A DNA stretch of 58,251 nucleotides, the filler included, from Nemertoderma westbladi (taxonomy: Eukaryota > Animalia > Xenacoelomorpha), in NCBI GenBank assembly GCA_032718475.1. It is 3 parts of 3 records of this genome, joined end to end, with 100 filler letters (N's around TTAATTAATTAA, not from the genome) between each part and the next. Parts side by side here need not be neighbours in the genome. Positions count along the whole stretch, not along the records: positions 1 to 19,565 come from JAUCBJ010007202.1; positions 19,666 to 35,937 come from JAUCBJ010008349.1; 1 more part is not named here. One strand, 5' to 3'. Of the stretch, positions 10,495 to 21,480 are shown one piece after another (position 1 is the first letter of the stretch; each line of letters starts with the position of its first letter). A program made the translations under genes and the position numbers. The notes below the pieces were generated by a model. That model was given only the letters and a program-made list of their open reading frames with translations. It ran no database searches and was not told the origin of the DNA.

Positions 10495-13096
10495 CTAGTT
10501 CGCTCCTCCTGTCTTTGGGAACCATCTCAGTTCCTTCCCTCTGTCGGCGTCCTGTCTCGGTCGCTTCCTGGTTGTCGCCGCTCCCTTGCTCTTTGCCTCC
10601 TTAAGGTTCCTCCTTAAGGTTACTTCCCTACTGATTCCCGTCGTCGATTCCTTGGGCGCTGGTGTTATTAGCTCATGGTATCGCTTCGCAGGTGGCCCCT
10701 CCGAATGCCCCTGCTGCTTCCCCCTAGTGGCGTCCCATAGGATCACCTTCATGGCCCGCGGCACATGCTCCGCCAGGAAATCTCTGAACTCTCCCCGGTT
10801 CTCTGGCGCCCATCTGTCTAAATACCTCTGTGTATTCATCACTCCCGCATACGATGCCACCGTTGATACTTCTTGATAAGTAAACGGAAGCCTCCGTTTG
10901 ATGATTTCCAGGTGGGCCTCCCGGTTAATATTAAAGAAACCCCACAGGAATTTCTGAGCCTTCATCCGCTGCCGCGTCATGACGCTGACATCGGCCCACT
11001 CCTCGAAAATCTTAAACTTCTCCTCGTCGTCCATCCAGTCGCACTGGCGTCCGTAGTGCCCCCAGAAGTTGCACTTAGAACACCGGTTGTGCAACCGTGG
11101 ACACGCCCCCATCCTATGACTCGACTCGCGGCAGTAGAGGCAGCTCGTCCCCTTCTGGAATCGATACAAGCAGCTCCTTTCCTGGTGAGTAAGCCTCCCG
11201 CAGTAATTGCAGCCGAGTACCAACGCGTCCAGCCCCAAGTCGTCCTTCGCCCCAAGCGATCTCCTCGGTCTATGGAGCCGCAGGTAAGCAAACTTCTGGA
11301 CGTTAACGTCTCTGTCCATGTCTATGTCCTCGTCTCGCCTGGGCATCGTCTCTCCAAATACTACCCGTGGTGCCGTTCCCGGTTGCTCGCCCAAACTGAT
11401 GATGCTCCCCGCAAAATCCATCGCCGGGTCCTCATGCACCCAGGCCCACTTGCCGGGTTTATCCCAGAAGGCCCTTGCCCCGCTGGCCGTCACCACTCTC
11501 CCGCCAACCCAGTCCGTGTCTGAGTGGCCGATTCTCCTGATGGGCGGCATCCCTCCAAACTCGTCGTCATCCTCATCCTCCACTGGGAGTGGCTCCAAAC
11601 CCGGTATCCCGGTAGACCCACTGTGTCCCTTCCCACCTTGGCTCTCGCCCGTGACTTTCCATCCTTACAGTTCCCATGGCCTTCTCTTCGCGAAATCGCC
11701 CTCGGCGCCCGCTGGCATGGGCGTCGCCTGCAATCCCAATGTCGACTGTTTCGGTGATCCTTCCGTCCACCCCAACTCTCGCCCCAGAGACTCACCCGAG
11801 CTCCCTGATGTCCATTGTAAATCGTTCAAGGCCTGGGCCTCGAACCCGTAGCCCTCTCCTCTAGCTTCCGCCTCTCTTTCATCTGCCTCCCTCCTTTCTC
11901 GTCTAGCGATTTCTTCCAATTGCTTCTCCTCTTGTCTATCCGCCTCTAGCTTCTCCCACCTCTGATATGGTGTATCCACCTCCCTGTCTACTAGATATCG
12001 GCAGTTGTAGTATACCGACTCACCTTTCAGCCCCGGGTGGTCTGCCAGACCCTCAAAGGCCACGTTGAAGGCTCTTCTGTAGTTCAGGGGTGATCCAGAT
12101 AGCAGAAACGCCATTGGCTCTCTTCCGATAACCACGGCCATGAATAGGTTTAGTAAACCTATCATTATCCAATCCTCCTGCAGGATATATCGCTTCTGAT
12201 ATATCTTTATCGCTCCTCTCCGGAATTGATACACCTCCTGTTTCCCCGGCCTCGCTCCCCACTTCAGCGAGTTCGCCAACTCCGCTCCGTACTCCTCCCT
12301 GAATTTACCCCAGTCCATTGGCTTGTGGCAGACGAGCCCCATTAGCTGCCCCATCGCCACCGCTCCACAATGTCCTGTGTTCTCTGCTAGTCCCAACCCG
12401 GCTGGCCCTGTCATAGCCATGTAGACCGTTTGCATGTCCAGGAGGTTGGGGGTCTCCGGACCGATGATCCTCTCCGCATCGTCGCGGATCGCCGATCCCA
12501 CCTTTATCGTTGACTTCTCTCTTACTACGTTCTGCACCGCCCTTGGCAACCGGTTCAACTTTGGCCCGTTCTTCTTCCCATACGTTCCCAGATCGAACAG
12601 AAATATGTCCCCATTTGGCGCGGCCAAATGCAGAAGTATGGTTCTGGCCAACCCCGCCGACCCTCTCCTCGAACCCTCGTCGTCTTCCACGGTCCCTTTG
12701 TCATCTAGGACCATGTATCCTCCCCTGCTAACGGACTCTACGAACCTCTTCCAGTCCTTTCTCGGTGGTTCCCTCGGATACTTGTGTATCCCAAACTTTG
12801 CCTCGTCTCCCTACCACATAGTGGAAATGCTCGAGGATCGCATTGTCTAGCAACGGCGTCCCGTAGGTCCCGACCAGCCGCCTCTCGTGCACCTCCCTGA
12901 AATAGTCCTGCAGCGCTCGCACCTTGTGACCCTTCTCTAACCGCTCGTAGTATCCCCTCGTCTTCTCCTCCGGATGCCTCTCGGTGAAATCTACTAGTAT
13001 CTCCTTTCCACCCATTTCCGCCTTTCTCTTTCTAACAAGTTTCTCCGCCATTTCGAACGCTCCCGATCGCTCACCTACAAGGTGGTGCCTTTCCAA
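10495..13096 (-). pseudogene. Extra ORF3 of BEL/Pao element 1: DEDDy (WRN/EXD2/Mut-7-like) 3'-5' exonuclease, charged linker, three CCHC zinc knuckles; ~870 codons with one frameshift and one stop
   Basis: ORFs 11665-12714 and 10495-11598 share a frame and are split only by TAA at 11665-11667. That frame stays open to ~12810, overlapping ORF 12728-13096. Motifs: YMVLDDKG (ExoI-like), LLHLAAPNGDIFLFDL, LPRAVQNVVREKSTIKVGSAIRDD (ExoII-like), QKRYILQED (ExoIII-like), and three CX2CX4HX4C. Confidence 0.75.
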
Positions 13097-13524
13097 GGCT
13101 CAATATAGGTGAGTGATGTAGTTAGGATGGTCTGTACGGTCCGATAATGGCCTATCTCTCTCAGAATGCTAGGTTATGTGTTATATTTACCTATTTTTAC
13201 CCATTAAAGTACCAAATTTCCTAAATTCCCTAAATCTGTCAGTTACTTTTAATATCTTCTAGAATATTTTACCTACTGTTGCTATAATTTGTCGAATTTT
13301 GATTTTTAACATTAATTTTAATTCCATAACTGTGCTATTAATACTTATAATGGATTATTTATTTTAATAACCCCTATGGTTTGTATACAGGATGGACTAG
13401 CTACTCCTTACTGTGCTAGTCTGCACCAGGTAACCTCCTGGCCCTGTATCAAACATTCTGACATGTCTCAGGCGGCCTACACGGTCTGTCCTGCTGTACC
13501 CACGTGCCCCCCTCTCACTTCTCA

Positions 13525-14050
13525 CTACTAACCCTACTAACTCTCTAACTCTACTAACTCTTACTAACACTCTAACTAACTCCTACTAACTCTTACTAAA
13601 CTCTTACTAACTCTCTAACTAACTCCTACTAACTCTCACTAACGGTACTACACGTACCCTCTTACTACTAACTAACTCCTCTAACGGTACTACGTACCCT
13701 CTTACTACTAACTAACTCCTCTAACGGTACTATGTACCCTCTTACTACTAACTAACTCCACTAACGGTACTACACTACCCTCTTACTACTAACTAACTCC
13801 TCTAACGGTACTACATACCCTCTTACTACTAACTAACTCCACTAACGGTACTACGTACCCTCTTACTACTAACTCTTCTCCACTAATGGTACTACGTACC
13901 CTCTTACTACTCTTACTAACTCTCTAATGGTACCACATACCCTCTTACTACTAACTCCTCTACTAACGGTACTACGTACCCTCTTACTACTAACTCCTCT
14001 AACGGTACTACGTACCCTCTTACTACTCTTACTAACACTCTAACTAACTT
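13525..14050. repeat. 40-bp tandem repeat (CTAACGGTACTACGTACCCTCTTACTACTAACTAACTCCT) inside BEL/Pao element 1
   Basis: Units start at 13681, 13721, 13761 and onward; degenerate CTAA-rich flanks. Confidence 0.9.
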
Positions 14051-14221
14051 CTATCTTCTATCTGCCTACTTACTTACTACTACGTACTATGTACTATTAC
14101 TTTCCTTTCTCTTACTCTCTTTCTATTATGTTATTATTTTTATTATTTTTATATTTTGTGTGGGAAGGGCGTCTCGCCCTCAATCCCACCCCCCTCAGTC
14201 CAACACTTGGACGACTAAACT

Positions 14222-17200
14222 CTATGGTGCCCCTTCTAGCAGGCAACACTTCCCTACAGCCCTCCTGTAGGTCTTCCTATCTATCGCTCCTATCTTACCC
14301 CCTATCCGCACTTCCACCGATCGGACTCTTCCGTCCTCGTCGGGGTAAGTGTCTACTACTCTTGCTAGCCTCCACTGATTGTTGATGATTGTGTCATCAG
14401 TGACGATCACTAAATTACCTTTCTTTAACTCTCTAGTGGTATTTCTCCACTTGTTCCTCCTATGTAGTGTGGGTAGGTATTCCTCGACCCACCTCCTCCA
14501 GTACTCTGCGCTTATCGCCTTAGCGACTTTCCAACTCTGTCGGGAGTGTATGTCATCTGGGTCTACACCCCGCATGTCGATAGTCGCCGGCCTTTCCATC
14601 AGGAAATGACTGGGTGTCAGCACATCTAGTGATTCTGGTTCATCATTTTCTGGGTATAGCGGTCTGCTATTGATGATACCCTCGCACTTAGCTAGCACCG
14701 TCCTTAGTATATCTTCTGTCACCATGTGGGTGTTCATCAACTTCGTCATCAGACGCTTGGAACTACCCACGAGTCTCTCGTCGCATCCTAAAGTATGCGG
14801 AGCATACAGCGTCCTCCTTTCCCACTTTACCTGTCGTCTCCTCATGGCTGCCCTGACTTCCTCTCCTTCCAGGATGTCCAAGGCCTCCGCCAGCTCGTTC
14901 CCCCCCCCCCCCCACAAAGTTGGTTCCATTGTCGGAATAGATTACTGCGATCGTCCCACCTTTGCGGTCTCTGAACCTCTCTAGGGCATTGATGAATGCT
15001 GATGCGGTTGCGTCTTGGGCGAGTTCTATTCCTACCGCCTCGTGTTGTTACATACAAAGATGATTCCGCAGCGCTTCTCCGTGTGTCACATCACCTTGAT
15101 CTTTATCGGCCAGAACATATCTACGCCGCAGTGCGTGAATGGTGGGTCATGCTGTCTCACCCTACTACTACTACTACTAGGATCGGCATGCTGCATTGCA
15201 GCTGCATTTTTAAGAATGCTGTGCTGGCTTGTCAACAAAATTGCACCGCCACAACTCCCTATCACCCCTGACATTTGCTAGATTTGCCAGTTTGGTTTCC
15301 TCTTGGCGTCCTTGCCAACTCCCTTGAGGAAATCCCCGAAGGCCCTCCAGGACGCTACCAACTTCTTAGTCTTGTACCAGCTTGAGCTGAGTAGCTTATC
15401 CGTCGGGTTGTCGCATGGTTCTTCTAATTTTGGTTGCACCCCTTTGATTTCCCTCACCATCTGACTATATATCTCTTCACCTTCTGAGTCTTCTCCCTCT
15501 TCCTCTGGTGCTACTTCCTCTGAGCTCAGGTCCACCTTCTTCATTGGTGGCCAGGCCGACCTATCGTTCAGGAACTGTGGCCCGTGCTGCCACAGCACTT
15601 CCTTCTTTAAGAAAGTGTGGCGTGTCACGCCCCTCGATAAAAAGTCTGCTGGGTTCTCGTCCATTGGGCAGTAGTGCCACCTTTCCAAGTCTGTCATCGC
15701 CCTTATTTCATCAACCCTATTTGCGACAAATATAGGGTATCTTGTGTTCTCATTGTGCAGCCAACCAAGCACTACCATGGAGTCCGTCCAGTAATGTGTT
15801 TCCACTATGTTGGGAATAGTGTCCATCAAGTAGGCTGTGGCCCTTACTCCTAATCTTGCAGCTGTCAACTCGAGTTTCGGGACCAATGCTGAATCTGGCG
15901 GTGTCGACTTTGCTTTGCTGAATGCAAGTCTGGGCTTATGAGCCCCCTCTCATTGTACTAGGTAAAGTGCCGCTCCGTATGCTTCCAATGATACATCGGA
16001 GAACATGTGTAGATCCAGATCCGTCATGTCCCCATCCGGGAAATACATGCGTGGCATGCTGTACATCCCCATCTGTTCTAAACTCTCCGTCCACTTACTC
16101 CACTGCTTGCTGATTTCTTCCGGGACCTCTGTATCCCATTCATCCTTTAACTTATATACTTTCTTAAGTATCTGTTTTCCCGTGACTAACAGTGGGGATG
16201 CTAGGCCTAGGGGATCGTATATCCTTGCTATGTATGATTTATAGCCCCTCTTTGTGTGGATGACGGCGCCCTCCTGGCTCAGTTGATACTTGAACTCGTC
16301 TGTCTCCTGGTTCCACACGATCCCCAGTGCCTTCTGCTGAGAATCTACTCTCTTGTTCGCCATGTCCTGTCCCTTGGCTGTTGTGGGGTTATCCATGGTC
16401 GACTCTGGCCGTCTGTCCTCTATGGCTTTTATAAACTCCTCTGAGCTGGATTGGAACTTGGTCAGGTTAAACCCGGATCCCTTCAGGATGTCGCAAACCT
16501 CACACCCTGTATCCATCCAGTATTTGGAGCTATACTTCCCCTCTTTCCCCTCTACTGTATCTCTTACAGCCACAGTCGTCGTAAATGAGGATGACTTGGC
16601 CCCCATGTTCTGCACCACCATCTTGTACATCGGTAGTATCGACGGTTCCTCGTCGCCGTTGTACCATAGGAAGCGCTGGCTTTCACTATCCTCCTCCGTC
16701 ACACGGACTTGGTTGAACATGCCTTCAATACCACAGGAGAAGGCGTGTCTCCCATTTCTGAATCTCAGTAGGACCTCAATTCCCGAGTTATAGATATTTG
16801 GGCCCTCCAGCAGATAGTCGTTTAGGTACTTGCCGTTGGTTTTAGCCAATGTGTCAACTACCATCCGCAATTTACCTTTCTTTGGATCTAGAGCCACGTG
16901 AAGTGGCAGGTAGTAGGTCCTGTCCGTGTTCGGTTCGTCGACCGGCAACGCCACGGCCCATCCTTTTTCGACATACTTCTTTATCGTCTTATGGATGTAC
17001 TCATCCTTCTCGGGGCTCCGTTTCAACGTTTGCTTCAGTTTACAAAGCCTCGTGAGTACCATTCCCTTGTTCTCCGGTAATTTTGGTTGTTTCCACACCA
17101 TGCCTATGGTGTAGTATCGCCCCTCGTCGCATCTCATCGATTCCTTCACACTTTGTATCGCTTGTTTATCCTCTACCGAGGTTCTGACCCCAGTCTCCTT

Positions 17201-17446
17201 TAGTCCCTCAAAGTCCTGTCTAAGCAGTCTCCTGAGCTGCTCCTCTGCTCCTTCATCTTCCATCTCCCTCATAGTTCCCGCAACAATGCACCCTGATGTC
17301 TCCGACAACCTAAACGGAATCTTGGTTTTAATTGGGCCGCTTAGCGCCCATCCAAATGGTGTTAAAATTGCCATCGGGTCACGCTGTCTGTCTTCGCCGA
17401 AGACCGCCCGCCACACATCGATGACAGATTCCACTCTTCCTTGCAT
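14222..17446 (-). pseudogene. BEL/Pao pol remnants (RT, RNase H, integrase) with deletions and stops
   Basis: TPFGWALSGP, YYLPLH, KLRMVVD, LNDYLLEGPN, IEGMFNQV, ARIYDPLG, LHMFSDVS, PKLELTAA, WTDSMVVLGW, FVANRV, NPADFLSRG, PPFTHCGVD, INSRPL, LTPSHFL, YWRRWVEEYLPTL. Confidence 0.95.
15162..15263 (-). mobile_element. Short structured dispersed element (copy 3) with (TAG)5 tail, at a deletion junction in pol
   Basis: Reverse complement of copy 2 with a longer TAG tail. Flanked by RNase H-region sequence on one side and the integrase RVRQHDPPFTHCGVD on the other. Confidence 0.8.
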
Positions 17447-19565
17447 ATTCTACCTCATCTTGTTTGGGCAACGCTTGCCAATATCTGCAGTTCAGGGTCT
17501 AATGAAGTGCGTTCGAATGCAATTGGAATTTGTTGTTTGGATTACAGCCCGTCCCTATACAGTGCGCCGCGTATCGCACTTACGTTTGTACCTAGTTCCC
17601 TACTATTCTTATTGTTTGGGTTCGGCCTACTGGGCGTGTTGGGGTTATGTTTGTTTGTGTTGTTATTTTGCCCCTGTCCGCTCCATGATGTGGCCCTACC
17701 CCGGCTACATGTGGACTAGCAGTCCCCTACATCACCGCATATGGCAGCAATTGTCTAAGCTTTGGCAATGCATTTGCCGTGTTGTGTTCTGGTTTCGGCC
17801 TGTTATATTCGGTCCTTGGCCCCTTTCCCAGACTATCCTCGCTATAGACTGGGTCCGTGATCAACTCGGCTTCGTAGTTGAGGAAGTTCGACATTTCCTC
17901 TAGGCCCGGTTCCGCACCCTTCTTCTCCCTGGTGGAGAAGGCAATCTTTCTCCATTTATTGCGCAGCCAAATCGGCAGACCCTGCGCTATCGTGGTGATA
18001 TTATTAGATGCGTTGAGTTAGTATGGCGCATCTAGTGTCTTCAACAAAATTAGCGCCTTCTCGACTTTGTTTGCAAACGTCTTTATGCTAACGGGGTTAT
18101 CCTGTAGGCCACCCGATGTTATACCCCTCAGGGTTTGCCGGATGATCTTGGCTGGGTGCCCGTATTCCCTGTCTAGGGCCCGCCATGGAGTCGTGAAGCC
18201 ACCCTCGATGCCCTGATACTGCCTCACGATGTCGAACGCTGGGCCACCTGTATATACCTGTAGATATTTTAGGCACTCCGCCTGCATCAGGTTCTTAGTA
18301 CAGATTCTCCCATTGGGTGCAGTCCGCCCGTCCGGCCTGCTGTTTGATATACCATTGGGGGTAACGGCCCCCTCCATATTTCCGTGTCCCAAGACCTGTT
18401 CTCGTCCAGGGGGTTTGATGTTCTTATTTCTGTTTGAGTATATTGTTGATATTGTAATGGGGGAATGTCACCCTGCCCCCCCCCACCGAAGGTATGTTTG
18501 GTACTGGGGTTGATGTTAATATATCGGGGCCCATACACCTATCCGCAATAACTCTCCCCTCCCCTGGATATATGTTATGTCCCTGCATGTTATAGTCATA
18601 CTGTTCTGCTGGTACCAGTATAGGCCTATCCACTTCTGGCCTACCTACCGGTATATACTCCGCGACTTCCGGGTTTAATCCCGTTGTCCACACTACTCTA
18701 TTGCCTACACTATCTCTCCCAGCATGGCCTATAGTATGTGCAGTAAAGTAAAAAAGTAAAGTAAATTTTCTTCGGCCGCTAGGCCAGGGATTACGCACAA
18801 AGTCTGACGACTTATTTCCAGTGCGGTCCCCCCAGAACTTTACTCTCCAGAGGAAACTCTAGTACTCATTTAGCTACCACTTAAGGATGCAAGGCAGAGA
18901 TGCACCCTGGCTGGTCCCTTTAAAGCATTCGTGCCGAAACGAAAACTGCCCTGGCCCATATGAGGATCGAACCCACGACCTACGGGAGATGTGAATTCAA
19001 TGCAACCACTACACCAAGGTGGAACCTTAAGTAAGGCCTACAGTATGTCCTGCAGTCTGTATGTGTCCCTCCGGACCAAAGTTTAACCTTCTCGAATAGT
19101 CCAAGAAGTCCTCCCCATGACTACCGTACCCTCGATCGGCAGCTATATCCCGTCGGGAAGTTTCTCTTTGATCCCCTCTCCTATTGTTGTCCTCGTACCG
19201 GTACGCCCTGTACCCCTCTCTCGGCGTATAGTACATCTCGCCAGGTTGCGTCTCTCCGGGGCGACGGCAATCTCCCGGAGTTCGACCCCACTGGCTCTCC
19301 AACTCCATCTCTACTACCGACGGCTCGATATCCGTCCTCGCTCTCCGGTCGCTTGTAACGACGCTTCTTCTATTCTCTTCTCTTCTTCTCTCTTCAGTGT
19401 AGCGTCCCCGTTCGTGAGATCTCTCATCAACCTCCTGGTTAAACTCCACTGTTCTTCTCCCCTCTTCTGACTGGGCTCGACGTCTCGTCGCTCGCCCGCT
19501 CGCGACGCTAACCTCTCTCTCTCTAGCCGGTCGCACGCCACCTGGGATATTCCTAAACCCCCTAT
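17447..19565 (-). pseudogene. BEL/Pao gag remnants of element 1 (5' end lost in the gap)
   Basis: LKYLQVYTGGPAFDIV...WRALDREYGHP matches the BEL gag motif in element 2 (LRYLITYVRGEPLDLI...WNTLERRYGQP). Interrupted by a SINE. Confidence 0.8.
18742..19026 (-). mobile_element. Full-length tRNA-derived SINE (~285 bp) inserted in gag
   Basis: A/B boxes at the 5' end and a (TTTAC)n-like tail. Probable TSD GGCCTA(T/C)AGTATGT at 18726-18739 and 19035-19048. The gag peptide HT(V/I)G is duplicated on both sides. Confidence 0.85.
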
Positions 19566-19665
19566 NNNNNNNNNNNNNNNNNNNNNNNNNNNNNNNNNNN
19601 NNNNNNNNNTTAATTAATTAANNNNNNNNNNNNNNNNNNNNNNNNNNNNNNNNNNNNNNNNNNNN
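19566..19665. other. Artificial contig linker N44-TTAATTAATTAA-N44
   Basis: Identical structure at 35938-36037; the 12-mer gives stops in all six frames. Confidence 0.95.
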
Positions 19666-20948
19666 ATTAAAACTTGGTAATTAACGTAAATCCGTGTTTT
19701 ACACCCCTTCCCGGATCCAATAAAACTTGGTAATTAACTCGAATCCGCCTTTTACACCCCTTCCCGGATCCATTAAAACTTGGTAATTAACATGAATCCG
19801 CGATTTACACCCCTTCCCGGATCCAATAAAACTTGGTAATTAACTTGAATCCACGTTTTACACCTCTTCCCGGATCCATTAAAACTTTATAATTAACTTG
19901 AATCCGCGTTATACACCCCTTCCCGGATACAGTAACATCTGGTAATGAACATGGATCCGCCTTTTACACCACTTCCCGGATCCATTAAAACTTGGTAATT
20001 AACGTAAATCCGTGTTTTACACCCCTTTCCGGATCCAATAAAACTTGGTAATTAACTCGAATCCGCGTTTTACACCCCTTCCGAGATCCATTAAAATTTG
20101 TAATTAACGTAAATCCGTGTTTTACACCCCTTCCCGGATCCAATAAAACTTAGTAATTAACTTGAATCCACGTTTTACACCCCTTTCCGGATCCAATAAA
20201 ACTTGGTAATTAACTCGAATCCGCGTTTTACACCCCTTCCGAGATCCATTAAAATTTGTAATTAACGTAAATCCGTGTTTTACACCCCTTTCCGGATCCA
20301 ATAAAACTTGGTAATTAACTCGAATCCGCGTTTTACACCCCTTCCGAGATCCATTAAAATTTGTAATTAACGTAAATCCGTGTTTTACACCCCTTCCCGG
20401 ATCCAATAAAACTTGGTAATTAACTTTAATCCGCGTTTTACACCCCTTCCGAGATCCATTAAAATTTGTAATTAACGTAAATCCGTGTTTTACACCCCTT
20501 TCCGGATCCAATAAAACTTGGTAATTAACTCGAATCCGCGTTTTACACCCCTTCCGAGATCCATTAAAATTTGTAATTAACGTAAATCCGTGTTTTACAC
20601 CCCTTCCCGGATCCAATAAAACTTGGTAATTAACTTTAATCCGCGTTTTACACCCCTTCCCGGATCCAGTATCAGTTGGTAATTAACACGAATCCGCGTT
20701 TTACACCCCTTCCCGGATCCATTAAAACTTGGTAATTAACGTAAATCCGTGATTTACACTCCATCCCGGATTTACAAAATATAAGAATCCGCGTTTTTCA
20801 CTGCAATACGGATTGCTTATTTCAGAATCCGCATATTACACTCAGTTACGGATTGTATGTAAATCCGAATCCACCTTTTACACTCGCAAATCCGGGTCCT
20901 GATCCGTATCCGTATCCTGAATCCGGATCCGCGTTTTACACCTACCCC
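19666..20948. repeat. 53-bp tandem repeat (alternating ~105-106-bp dimer), decaying towards TTTTACACCTACCC; possibly a subterminal array of a long-TIR DNA transposon
   Basis: GGATCC at 19713, 19766 and onward, 53 bp apart; 35-aa repeat in ORF 20122-20616. Confidence 0.85.
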
Positions 20949-21242
20949 ATATATGTACTATACCATAATGTTGTGTCTTTGTGAAGATGATGATCGGTCC
21001 ACTGTTCTCTGCAGTATACCACGAGAGGGCGAAATATCTGAAAATGAAAACATTCCACCATTGCCTTGATTTCAATCCGCTTGAGCTGAAAGTTAACATG
21101 TATGTACAAAATAAACTGGCTGTTTCTTTGTGGTTTTGAGTTGACACTTAACGTTAAGTTTAATGTCAATGTCATGTGTGGTGCAAAGGACCCACTTCGT
21201 ATATAGTTGTGATATAAATAACACACATTATCCAGGTGGAGA

Positions 21243-21310
21243 GCGCAAATGGAGCATTTGCGCCATGCGAGTGCATGGCCGACGGCGTTGGCCATGTGGT
21301 ATTGTTCTAG
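21243..21310 (+). mobile_element. Helitron-like 3' terminus
   Basis: Hairpins GCGCAAATG-gag-CATTTGCGC and GCATGGCCGACG-g-CGTTGGCCATGT, then ~9 nt and CTAG. Confidence 0.5.
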
Positions 21311-21480
21311 AATATTACAGTATTATTAATGCCATGTAAAGTTAAAAGTTAAAGCCCATTTTGCTGATGGTAAACAATAAATGCCTACCTTGATTTTGTT
21401 AAGATCAGTTTTGTTTATACTTGTACTGTAGGCTAACATATATAACTATACATGGGCATCATGGAAATGTTCCAAATACT

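Noticed and set aside
10586-12850. Several + strand ORFs of 60-216 aa over the cargo gene
   Set aside because: Antisense shadows of a GC-rich coding region; the recognisable motifs and synonymous conservation are on the minus frame.
19610-19621. TTAATTAATTAA island inside N runs (also 35982-35993)
   Set aside because: Synthetic six-frame-stop linker with exactly 44 N on each side; not biological, and the contigs may not be adjacent.
20122-20616. 164-aa repetitive ORF
   Set aside because: Translation of the 105-bp dimer of the 53-bp satellite.
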